A stretch of DNA of 64,000 nucleotides from Bdellovibrionales bacterium. Lineage in GTDB: Bacteria; Bdellovibrionota; Bdellovibrionia; Bdellovibrionales; Bdellovibrionaceae. Below the pieces are notes generated by a model. That model saw only the letters and a list, made by a program, of their open reading frames with translations, ran no database searches and was not told the DNA's origin. The position numbers were made by a program, and so were the translations under genes. The stretch's first letter is position 1, and every line of letters starts with the position of its first letter. The stretch lies in assembly GCA_046336825.1 (NCBI GenBank), contig JBKDFX010000097.1, positions 2,808 to 66,807 on the forward strand. Reading direction: 5' to 3'. This document shows, piece after piece, positions 28,745 through 36,895 of this stretch.

Positions 28745-28925
28745 AAAAACTTCGAAGTTTTAGAAACCCAGCTTTTTAAAGAAGTTGAGGATCCCGTATT
28801 TTTAATTGCAGCTGCTATCCAGGCCTACAATGACCGCAAAGCCAAAGATATTAGACAGCTCAATCTTGTCAGTAATTGGAAAAAAATTGGCCGCAAGCTG
28901 AGCTTACGAACCTAAGGATTGATTT

Positions 28926-29447
28926 ATGTATTTTGAAGCAGAATCTAAGGGAAAAAAGTATAAAATTGATGTCTCTGAGCTTCGTCACGCCTGGAAAATT
29001 TCCATTCAAGAAGAAGACAAACCCTGGACTCACTATGATATTTCTAAAACAGATTTCAAAGAAGCTGAGCAGTACATTAGTTTTCTTTTTAAAGGAAGTT
29101 CCTATCTCGTCGACGTCATCGGCAAGGACACCGAATACACTGTTTTTACACGAAATTCATTTCGTACAATTAAGATCTACAATGATGAAATGATTCTTCA
29201 TGAGTCCCTCAAAAAGGGCGGAAGCTTTGGTGGAGATGCTGATTTGCGTGCAGGTATGCCTGGCAAAGTGATCGAGATTTTTGCAAAGCCAGGCGACACA
29301 GTAAAAGCCAATAAGCCCTTACTCATTATGGAAGCCATGAAAATGGAGAACGAAATGAGAGCCAGTCGTGATGTAAAAATCAAAGAAGTCTTAGTTAAGC
29401 AGGGCGACTCCGTTGAATCAGGTGCTGTTCTTATTAAGTTTGAGTAG
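28926..29447 (+). CDS. biotin carboxyl carrier (biotinyl/lipoyl domain) protein with an N-terminal BT-like region
   Basis: 173 aa; SD AAGGA is 7 nt upstream. The C-terminal biotinyl domain is MPGKVIEIFAKPGDTVKANKPLLIMEAMKMENEM, with the AMKM biotinylation motif. Confidence 0.88.
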   Translation: MYFEAESKGKKYKIDVSELRHAWKISIQEEDKPWTHYDISKTDFKEAEQYISFLFKGSSYLVDVIGKDTEYTVFTRNSFRTIKIYNDEMILHESLKKGGSFGGDADLRAGMPGKVIEIFAKPGDTVKANKPLLIMEAMKMENEMRASRDVKIKEVLVKQGDSVESGAVLIKFE

Positions 29448-29452
29448 AAGTC
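29414..29452 (+). repeat. 39-bp perfect direct repeat, left copy (contains the BCCP 3-prime end and its stop)
   Basis: TGAATCAGGTGCTGTTCTTATTAAGTTTGAGTAGAAGTC is identical to 30649-30687. Confidence 0.95.
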
Positions 29453-29505
29453 AGTTTTTAATAATTTTTCATACTTATTCGTAGCCGATCGATAGTGATT
29501 TAATA

Positions 29506-29889
29506 TCACTTTTGGCAAATACCAATATTCTTATACCGTTTTAAAATATAATTCGCATAGTCTAAATCTTCAAATGGACCTCCCAAATAATAGTAGTGTT
29601 TTAATGAGTTTCCACTGCTGTATTTCTTGAAATAAAAAGCTCGAATTAGACTTCTTTTTCCAGAGATATAAAGCTCACACTTTACCTCCTTAATACTTGT
29701 GCAAACATTATTATTTCTTAATTTTTGAATATAAAAAAGTGCCTCATCGGGTGTTGGATAAATATCACCGCCTACACCATCAGTTAATATAATATAACCT
29801 GAAAGGGTGAAACCAAGCTCAACAGAGCATTCTTTAGCCACAACAAAATGACAACCAAAAAGCAGCAAGATTGATACAACTATTTTCAT
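29506..29889 (-). CDS. small secreted protein / possible lipoprotein (islet cargo)
   Basis: The ATG at 29887-29889 has SD AGGAG 5 nt upstream. The product is 127 aa starting MKIVVSILLLFGCHFVVAKE (signal peptide, possible LFGC lipobox) and contains several Cys. No recognised family. Confidence 0.6.
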   Translation of the reverse strand: MKIVVSILLLFGCHFVVAKECSVELGFTLSGYIILTDGVGGDIYPTPDEALFYIQKLRNNNVCTSIKEVKCELYISGKRSLIRAFYFKKYSSGNSLKHYYYLGGPFEDLDYANYILKRYKNIGICQK

Positions 29890-30124
29890 TTGAACTCCTA
29901 TTAAATCAGCTTTGCAACCCATGCCATTGAATTAATTTAAGACATTTAATCGTGGAAATGAGTAGATTTTCTATTACCTGTTAACGCCATTGACAAAGAC
30001 GTGTCCAAAAAGGGCATGTATTTTAGAGAATTCAGGGATCACTGCTGTATTTTTTTGGAGCTATTTTCTTTTTTTTAGGTCATCCTGTCCTTATGTTGGA
30101 AAAAGAAGGATTCTTAAGAGCATT

Positions 30125-30559
30125 CAAAGAATTAATTCCATTTAAATAAAAATTAATTAAGTGTTGCCCTGATTTTATTAATCCCAGTTCGTCTCTTTTT
30201 TAAATCTGTAATGGCCTGTGCTTGCGACAGCACCAAAGCCTAGAGACGGGCAATCTTTCGCTCCATTTGTTTTTTGTCTTTATCAACGGGGGGTCTGCCA
30301 TTACGAAGGCTGGATTTGATGCCTATTGCTAATTGCTTTCGCCACTATGCAAAACTACTGTAAACAATGCCTTGCTTAGCGATTGCATCTTGGACCTTTA
30401 AACCTGATTTTATATCAGTCTCAATTTGATGCACAATGTTTACTTTTTGCTCAGGTGAGTAGATCCTAGTCACTTTCTTTCGCTCGTTCATTCGTCTTTT
30501 CCTTTTGGTTTTGACGAACTAAATCTGCAACTTTTGCCCCATTGTCAAAAAACGGTACA
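30125..30559 (-). mobile_element. truncated IS3-family insertion sequence (left end plus orfA only; orfB/DDE domain missing). Boundaries are approximate
   Basis: A putative terminal repeat beginning TGTACCG... (minus strand, ending at about 30559) lies 68 nt upstream of the orfA ATG. No DDE transposase reading frame follows the frameshift site, and the sequence decays into short stop-ridden frames by about 30125. Confidence 0.5.
30181..30491 (-). pseudogene. IS3-family transposase orfA remnant (two in-frame TAG stops)
   Basis: My minus-strand translation from the ATG at 30489-30491 is MNERKKVTRIYSPEQKVNIVHQIETDIKSGLKVQDAIAKQGIVYSSFA*WRKQLAIGIKSSLRNGRPPVDKDKKQMERKIARL*ALVLSQAQAITDLKKRRTG. This has an HTH followed by a leucine-zipper layout, like IS3/IS911 OrfA. 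The stops are at 30345-30347 and 30240-30242. The canonical IS3 slippery heptamer A AAA AAG sits in the correct frame at 30195-30201. Confidence 0.7.
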
Positions 30560-30648
30560 CTGAATATAATCATGCCTATCTTTCAACTGACGCCATAAAA
30601 TATTTAATTCGGAAGTATGTAGTAAATGGATTTACGTTTAGAAATACC

Positions 30649-30687
30649 TGAATCAGGTGCTGTTCTTATTAAGTTTGAGTAGAAGTC
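30649..30687 (+). repeat. 39-bp perfect direct repeat, right copy (contains the tatC 3-prime end and its stop)
   Basis: Identical to 29414-29452. Confidence 0.95.
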
Positions 30688-31415
30688 TCTTCTGAGGTGG
30701 CCTTCTTCTCAACGGCGGCCACTAAAAATATGGCAATTTCAAACAATACGATCATTGGCATAAGCATCATAAACATGCTAAGCGCATCTGGCGTTGGAGT
30801 CAGTATGGCTGAAGCTATACCTAAAATAAAATAAGCGATCCGCCTTTGTTTCCTTAAGAATTGAGCTGTAACAATTCCTGCCAAGCCTAAAAGTACCAGC
30901 ACCAGTGGCAATTGAAAGGCCACTCCAAACATCAAACTCATTTGAACAACAAAGCCGAGATATTCGCTGATCGTTATCATGGGTTTGTCCACACTACCAC
31001 CGAAGTTAAATAGAAACTCAAAGGCAGGAGGTAAAACCATAAAATAGCAAAAACATATTCCGGTTATCATCAAAAAGGAGCCAGAGGAGATGAAAAGACC
31101 CGCATATTTTTTTTCTTTTTGATAAAGTCCGGGGGCTACAAACGCCCACAGTTGATAAAGCCAAACGGGACACGAAAGACCAATGCCAGCAAATATGGCA
31201 ATTTTCAGATGTGCCATAAATTTATCCGTGGGGTGGGTAAAAACCAACCCGCCTTGGGGTAAAAATTTTTGAGCTGGGAGTCGCAAAATATCAAATAGCT
31301 GTTCTGAAAAATTATAGGCCACTGCTGCAACAATTAAAATGGCCCAGCCACTGCGGATCAGCCGCACTCGAAGCTCTTTTAGGTGATCAGTTAGAGTCTG
31401 ACTTTTTTCCATCAT
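30669..31415 (-). CDS. tatC: twin-arginine translocase subunit TatC
   Basis: 248 aa: LTDHLKELRVRLIRS, six TM segments, FTHPTDKFMAHLKIA, and SPGLY-like VAPGLYQKEKK. Confidence 0.92.
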   Translation of the reverse strand: MMEKSQTLTDHLKELRVRLIRSGWAILIVAAVAYNFSEQLFDILRLPAQKFLPQGGLVFTHPTDKFMAHLKIAIFAGIGLSCPVWLYQLWAFVAPGLYQKEKKYAGLFISSGSFLMITGICFCYFMVLPPAFEFLFNFGGSVDKPMITISEYLGFVVQMSLMFGVAFQLPLVLVLLGLAGIVTAQFLRKQRRIAYFILGIASAILTPTPDALSMFMMLMPMIVLFEIAIFLVAAVEKKATSEETSTQT

Positions 31416-31734
31416 TTACTTGCTCAGTTGTAATTGGTGTTGGTGGCTCGTATTCAGTGTCCATTTCAAGCTGTTCAGGCTCAGGATCTTGACTTTGATG
31501 GGGCTCGACGACTGGATTATCATCGACGCGAAGATCTGTTCGAATTTCTTCTATCAAGTTATCTGAGCTGATGTTGGCTTTTTTAAATTCATCCGTGAGT
31601 TCATCAGTTGAGCGCTTAAGATCAGAAAAAAAACGGCCCAGCGTGCGTGCCACATCGGGAAGTTGTTCAGGGCCCAAAAGAATGAGGCCCAGCACGGCTA
31701 ATACTGCAATTTCTGAAAAACCAAGACCGAACAT
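31387..31734 (-). CDS. twin-arginine translocase TatA/TatB-family protein
   Basis: 115 aa: MFGLGFSEIAVLAVLGLILLGPEQLPDVARTLGRFFSDLKRS followed by an acidic tail. It overlaps the tatC start by 29 nt. Confidence 0.88.
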   Translation of the reverse strand: MFGLGFSEIAVLAVLGLILLGPEQLPDVARTLGRFFSDLKRSTDELTDEFKKANISSDNLIEEIRTDLRVDDNPVVEPHQSQDPEPEQLEMDTEYEPPTPITTEQVNDGKKSDSN

Positions 31735-31759
31735 ATATATTTATGAATTAACATGCGGC

Positions 31760-32386
31760 CTAAAATTGGGATACTTTTTTCTGATCGCTTTTGGAAATCG
31801 GGACTATTCCTAGATCGGAAAGTTTTTCTCGAGCCAAATCAGAGCCTGTTTTAAGATAACGATCATAAATACGAAGTACATTAGAAGTGCTTTGGATTTG
31901 AGATTTTTCGCTAATGTAACTGAGAACATCAACAAACTCGTTAAATCTTTTAGAGTAAATGTCGTAGACTTCTGCAATTGAATGGTCTCGACTTGACTCA
32001 GCCAAAAGTCGGTAGGCTGTGCCAGCAATGTCAAAACAGTAATCTAAATCAATTATTTTTCTTTGATAAGAGTCTCCAAAAAACCCACAAGTGTAGAGAG
32101 TTCGATCCGCGAGCCTTTTCAAAAGATCAATCTTAGTGGCTCGATTGGATTGAATAGCTGTCAGAAGTGTTTCAGCTAATGTTTGTGGAACTCTCTGGCC
32201 CACTTCATTTACCGTTTCTGAATCATGAAGTCTTTCTGCGACTACATAGTGCTCAAGAAGCTCAACAAGGTACTGCTCAGCTAAAACGGGAGCAGATACC
32301 CGTCTTGTGTTGAGAGCTTCTCTTACAGCTTCACGAAAAAACTCATCGTGACTCAAAAGTATTGTGTCTGATGCCATATGCTTCAT
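31760..32386 (-). CDS. hypothetical all-helical protein directly upstream of tatA/B-tatC
   Basis: 208-aa ORF, 25 nt upstream of the tatA/B-family gene on the same strand. No recognised motif and no signal peptide. Confidence 0.55.
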   Translation of the reverse strand: MKHMASDTILLSHDEFFREAVREALNTRRVSAPVLAEQYLVELLEHYVVAERLHDSETVNEVGQRVPQTLAETLLTAIQSNRATKIDLLKRLADRTLYTCGFFGDSYQRKIIDLDYCFDIAGTAYRLLAESSRDHSIAEVYDIYSKRFNEFVDVLSYISEKSQIQSTSNVLRIYDRYLKTGSDLAREKLSDLGIVPISKSDQKKVSQF

Positions 32387-32492
32387 TTTAACAACTGGTC
32401 GGCTGGTATCACGCTTAGTTCAACGGGACCCGACCCAAGTCGGGCCATTTCGATAAAAGACAATTATGCAATTCAGTAATGCTGCTTATTGC

Positions 32493-35132
32493 CTATGTCT
32501 CTTTTTGATAATCTGATTTCATTACCGTCTTACTTTTAGAAACAGGACCGGCCACAACAAGCACTTCAGGCTGGGAAAAAATTTTTTTCGCCAATTCCTT
32601 AACCTGCTGCTTTGTGATTTTTTTGTACTCTTCAATCACTTGAAAAATATGATCTGGCGATTGGCCGTAACAAACGTCAAGCAGGACAGCTTGTGCGATC
32701 GATGATTTTTTTTGTAGCGAAATTGCCTGTTGACCGATCAAATAGTTTTTAGCTCTGATCAGCTCATCATCTGAAATGTCACTCTCCATTAGTTTTTTGA
32801 GTTCATCCCTCATCATCTGAATGGCCTTGTTGGATTTTTCCGGTGAACAACCAATGTAGGTTCCGAAGTATCCAGCTTCAATTCCCTCCATGCGAACGGG
32901 AGACACAGAGTACGCCAATGAGTTTTTATCTCTCAGCTCAAGAAACAGTCGACCCCCTTGTCCCGATAAGACAGACTGCATAACGTCAAGCGCATAACGA
33001 TCTTCAGAATCTATTCTTAGTCCCTGATATCCTAGTACGATATGGGTTTGCTCTTTATCGAGCTCAATTTTTCCTATTTCGTTTGCCCTGTGTTCTGGCG
33101 TTTTAATCTCAAGATTGACTTTCTTACCTTTTGAAATTTGTTTTTCAAGATTCTCAATCTGCTTTTCAAGAAGTTGATTATCAAAGTCTCCGACCACACA
33201 AATAACGAGATTTTGCCCGCAAACCAGTTGCTGGTGGTAATCTTTAAGCAAGCTTGTTGAAACTCCCTGAAGGGATTCGGCTGTTCCCAAGACATCACGC
33301 GAGTAGGGATGGTTTTTAAACATAAGTTCATGAAATCTTTGAAAGCAAACTTGCGCTGGATTGTCCTTTTTATTTTTAATTTGATTAATCTGTGCGCTTT
33401 TTTCTCTCTCCACTTTATCTTCTTCGAAGGTAGGGCTTCCAAGGACATCAAAAAATATGGGTAGTAGCTCTTTTTGATTGGGCGATAGACCGTCCAAGGT
33501 GAGGCCCATCGTGTTGCGCCCTCCAAAAGCTCCCAGACCTGCAGACACACTTTCAGTAATGTGATTAATCATGGCTTCAGAGTAATTTTTTGAACCTGTT
33601 GTCCAGGTTCTTGATAACAGTTCAGTAACCCCTCCGTGTTGTGGCTTTTCAAATCTTATGCCCCCAAGAACTGCAGCTCTTAAGGAAAAGGTCGGTGTGC
33701 CTTTTTGATAGCGAGTGATGAGTTTTATTCCTGACGGTCTCACGCTGATTTTTGTTTCTGCCTGAATCTCTGCAGAATGTGTTAGCTTGGGTGCTTTTAC
33801 TAAAAATTTTTGTAATTTAATTTTATTTTTTTTGGCCTTAGCAAAATCGATTTTGTATTTTTTCAGGGCTGCATTGAGTTGGCCTTTTAGTTTGGCGTCG
33901 ACGTTTTCAGTTAAATAAACAATCGAAACCTTTTCAGGCGTTAAATATTTCCTCGCAATTTTAGTGATTTGCTCAGGCTTAACTGAATACAGTTGTTTAA
34001 GGTACTTTTGATAGTATTCGGGGTCCTTATAATAAAACTCATCCGAGCCTGCTTTTCGACTTAATCCATCAACAGTTTCCATGGCGTAAATTCCCTCGGA
34101 AGCCGAAATGGCTAGAGCCTTTTTCAATTCATCTGTAGTTGGTGGCTCGCTTACAATTTCATTAAGAACTTTAAACGCCTCTTCAGTTGCTTGAATTAAC
34201 TTTTCTGATTCTCCATTCATGGAAACTGCAAATACTCCAGGATCAAGTGGGCTGTAGGAGAAAGCTCCAACGCTTTGAGTGAGAAGATTCTCAAGTCTTA
34301 GTTTGAGTGAAAGCCTGGAGCTGTCTCCGGTTCCTAATATTAAAGCCAAAAGGTCCAAAGCAGGAACGTCTTTATGGGTTACATTCGGCACAGGCCAAGC
34401 CAAGTAGGCTTGAGTTTTTTTAAATTTACTTTTTTCAACGCGAACTCTTGGCGTTTTCTGAATAGGTTCTTTAGCTCTTTTTCTTTTTTCTAGTTTGAAT
34501 GGTTTGAACTCACCGAAGTATTGAGTGACTTCTTTTTTCATCATTTGAGAATCGAAGTCTCCAGCCACTACGAGAAACATATTAGAAGGAACATAGCGAG
34601 ACTCAAAAAACTTTTTTATTTTTTTTGCCGGCAGACTTTTTATGTTTTTTTCAAATCCAATAATTGGTGTTTTGTAGCTGTGTTTTTTGTAAACGGTCTC
34701 GAAAAGTGTTTTCCACGCCACGCCCCCCAGGGAGTCTTCGCCTCTTTTAATTTCTTCGATTACGACTCCCCTTTCATTATCAATTTCGCTAGGATCGAAA
34801 GTGGGAAATCCCATCATTTCGCTAATGACATTTAAAGCCACATGCCTTTTGTGGGACTCAATCGTGACGTAAAAAACAGTTTGATCATAAGATGTATAAG
34901 CATTGAGCTCACCACCGTTACCCTCAACGAGGCTCGCAATTTCACCGGTTTTAAATTGGCGAGTCCCCTTGAAAAGAAGGTGCTCGATGAAGTGACTGAT
35001 CCCCTCTTCCCCCCTTTTTTCATCTGCACTTCCCGTGCGAACCCACATTTGAACTGAGATAACGGGTGATTTTCGGCTCTCAACAAGAAGAACCTGTAAA
35101 CCGTTTTTAAGCTTGAAAACCTGTGACTTCAT
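32493..35132 (-). CDS. M16 (pitrilysin/insulinase) family zinc peptidase, double-length
   Basis: 879 aa. N-terminal LKNGLQVLLVE and the inverted zinc motif HFIEHLLFKGT (HxxEH). A second, inactive-like M16 half is present. SD GAGGTG lies 5 nt upstream of the ATG at 35132. Confidence 0.9.
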   Translation of the reverse strand: MKSQVFKLKNGLQVLLVESRKSPVISVQMWVRTGSADEKRGEEGISHFIEHLLFKGTRQFKTGEIASLVEGNGGELNAYTSYDQTVFYVTIESHKRHVALNVISEMMGFPTFDPSEIDNERGVVIEEIKRGEDSLGGVAWKTLFETVYKKHSYKTPIIGFEKNIKSLPAKKIKKFFESRYVPSNMFLVVAGDFDSQMMKKEVTQYFGEFKPFKLEKRKRAKEPIQKTPRVRVEKSKFKKTQAYLAWPVPNVTHKDVPALDLLALILGTGDSSRLSLKLRLENLLTQSVGAFSYSPLDPGVFAVSMNGESEKLIQATEEAFKVLNEIVSEPPTTDELKKALAISASEGIYAMETVDGLSRKAGSDEFYYKDPEYYQKYLKQLYSVKPEQITKIARKYLTPEKVSIVYLTENVDAKLKGQLNAALKKYKIDFAKAKKNKIKLQKFLVKAPKLTHSAEIQAETKISVRPSGIKLITRYQKGTPTFSLRAAVLGGIRFEKPQHGGVTELLSRTWTTGSKNYSEAMINHITESVSAGLGAFGGRNTMGLTLDGLSPNQKELLPIFFDVLGSPTFEEDKVEREKSAQINQIKNKKDNPAQVCFQRFHELMFKNHPYSRDVLGTAESLQGVSTSLLKDYHQQLVCGQNLVICVVGDFDNQLLEKQIENLEKQISKGKKVNLEIKTPEHRANEIGKIELDKEQTHIVLGYQGLRIDSEDRYALDVMQSVLSGQGGRLFLELRDKNSLAYSVSPVRMEGIEAGYFGTYIGCSPEKSNKAIQMMRDELKKLMESDISDDELIRAKNYLIGQQAISLQKKSSIAQAVLLDVCYGQSPDHIFQVIEEYKKITKQQVKELAKKIFSQPEVLVVAGPVSKSKTVMKSDYQKET

Positions 35133-36312
35133 GAATACACCTCTGCTAGTGAAAAAGTCCTTTGGAATTTATTTTCATATTCCTTACTGTATACAACGTT
35201 GCACCTACTGCGATTTTGCTACCTATGAACAAACTCAAATAATGCCACCTTCTGCGTATACAACTTTAGTGCTCAAAGAAATGGATCTCAGAAAACATTT
35301 CTATGCACCCCAAGTCTTGGATACAATTTACTTCGGTGGCGGCACGCCTTCGCTCGTCAATCCTCAGAATATTCTACATATGGTCGAAGGCCTTGAAAAG
35401 CATGGCTTCACACGTGGTCCAGGAACAGAAATGACTCTGGAGATCAATCCTGCCACATTAAATGTGGAAAAGATGGACGCTTACCTTTCATTGGGTTTCA
35501 ACCGCTTCAGTGTTGGGGCACAAACTTTCGATGACAGACTTCTAAAAAAAGTTCGTCGCGAACACACAGCAACTCAAACACGTGACACGCTTGCCTTTTT
35601 AAAAAGCTACTCTGTGAACTATTCTTTTGATTTGCTGTTTGGCCTTCCTGGACAAACAATTGAAGGTCTTCAGCGCGATCTGGAAGTGGTTTTGGATTTT
35701 CGCCCCCAGCATATCTCACCCTATTGTTTAACAGTTCCCGAAAGCAATCCTCTTTGGCTGGGTCGGCCTAGCGATGACACTCAAGTTGATATGTTTGATT
35801 TGATTACAAAAACTTTGATGAGTGCTGGCTACAATCAATATGAAATTTCAAATTTTTCTCTGCCAGGATTCGAATCCAAGCATAACAGCTTGTATTGGCA
35901 GGACCAGGAGTGGTGGGGCCTTGGTCTCAGTTCACATTCTTATTCAAAACAAACGCGCTGGGGTATTCGCTACTGGAACCCTCGCTCTATAGCTGATTAT
36001 GAAAAACAAATCAGCTCCTCTGAAGTGTGCTATTCGCCGCTTGAATTGCCTGAATCTCAATTTGAAAACCTAGAAAAACACCAAGCCTTGACTGACTACT
36101 GCCACACCTCATTAAGAATGTTGGCAGGTCTTGATCTTCATCAGCTAGAATTGAAGTTTGACTCTGGAGTCAGTCACCAGGTGTCTGATATATGCAAAAA
36201 ACTCGTGGCTCGAGGTTGGCTGATGGATACGCCTCAAGGCTTCGCTTTAACACAGACGGGCGTTGTCCTCAGCAATCAGGTCTTTTTAGAGCTCACTTTT
36301 TCTGCGGCTTAA
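35131..36312 (+). CDS. hemW: radical SAM heme chaperone HemW (coproporphyrinogen III oxidase-like)
   Basis: YFHIPYCIQRCTYCDF (CxxxCxxC), YFGGGTPS and a HemN C-terminal-like domain. The start is uncertain (ATG 35131, TTG 35113 or GTG 35149), and none has a clear SD. Confidence 0.85.
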   Translation: MNTPLLVKKSFGIYFHIPYCIQRCTYCDFATYEQTQIMPPSAYTTLVLKEMDLRKHFYAPQVLDTIYFGGGTPSLVNPQNILHMVEGLEKHGFTRGPGTEMTLEINPATLNVEKMDAYLSLGFNRFSVGAQTFDDRLLKKVRREHTATQTRDTLAFLKSYSVNYSFDLLFGLPGQTIEGLQRDLEVVLDFRPQHISPYCLTVPESNPLWLGRPSDDTQVDMFDLITKTLMSAGYNQYEISNFSLPGFESKHNSLYWQDQEWWGLGLSSHSYSKQTRWGIRYWNPRSIADYEKQISSSEVCYSPLELPESQFENLEKHQALTDYCHTSLRMLAGLDLHQLELKFDSGVSHQVSDICKKLVARGWLMDTPQGFALTQTGVVLSNQVFLELTFSAA

Positions 36313-36355
36313 GGGTTGACAATCCTTCAGAAGAACACAAATTTAAGGTGTTGAA

Positions 36356-36892
36356 ATGAAAGGGGTTTTTGTGTCTGAAAACAAGGGCGAATCGCCTCAA
36401 AATACTGAATCCACGGCGAATTCAGCTTCCAGTGAAAGTGCTATTAATTGGCAGTCTGAGGCTGAAAAATTTAAAAATGATTTTCTTTATCTTCGTGCTG
36501 AATTTGAAAACTATAAACGACATGCTGTAAAAGAGCGCTCCGAGCTGCTTCGTTACGCTGGAGAACGCTTGGCTCGAGACATTGTGGGTGTTGTCGATAA
36601 TTTTGAGCGAGCTTTGGGTCTCGATGTTAAACCCGATACTCTCGATAACTATGTTAAAGGTGTTCAGCTCACCGCCCAAGAATTAAAAACTGTTTTAGAA
36701 AAACATGGAATTAAAGCGGTTGAATCTGACCGCGTTCCGTTTGACCCTAATATTCATGAGGCCCTAGGAAGTGAGCCCTCGACTGAAGTCGCGGAAGGTC
36801 ACGTCTTGCGTGTATTTGAAAAACCCTATCGCTATCATGATAAACTTTTACGCGTTGGACGAGTTGTCATCGCAAAAAAACAAGAGGGGTAA
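36356..36892 (+). CDS. grpE: nucleotide exchange factor GrpE
   Basis: 178 aa: KFKNDFLYLRAEFENYKRHAVKERSEL ... DNFERAL ... FDPNIHEAL ... GRVVIAK. Confidence 0.93.
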   Translation: MKGVFVSENKGESPQNTESTANSASSESAINWQSEAEKFKNDFLYLRAEFENYKRHAVKERSELLRYAGERLARDIVGVVDNFERALGLDVKPDTLDNYVKGVQLTAQELKTVLEKHGIKAVESDRVPFDPNIHEALGSEPSTEVAEGHVLRVFEKPYRYHDKLLRVGRVVIAKKQEG

Positions 36893-36895
36893 TCC

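Noticed and set aside
32430-32455. A hairpin (CCCGAC-CCAA-GTCGGG) between the M16 peptidase gene and the tat-upstream gene as a terminator.
   Set aside because: The stem is short (6 bp) and has no U tract on the minus strand. It could be a weak processing or termination site, but the sequence alone does not support it.
36316-36344. TTGACA upstream of grpE as a promoter, and a search for a CIRCE/HrcA operator.
   Set aside because: The best -10 candidates (AAATTT/AATTTA) are poor. A start there would leave almost no 5-prime UTR before the SD. No TTAGCACTC-N9-GAGTGCTAA-like inverted repeat is present.
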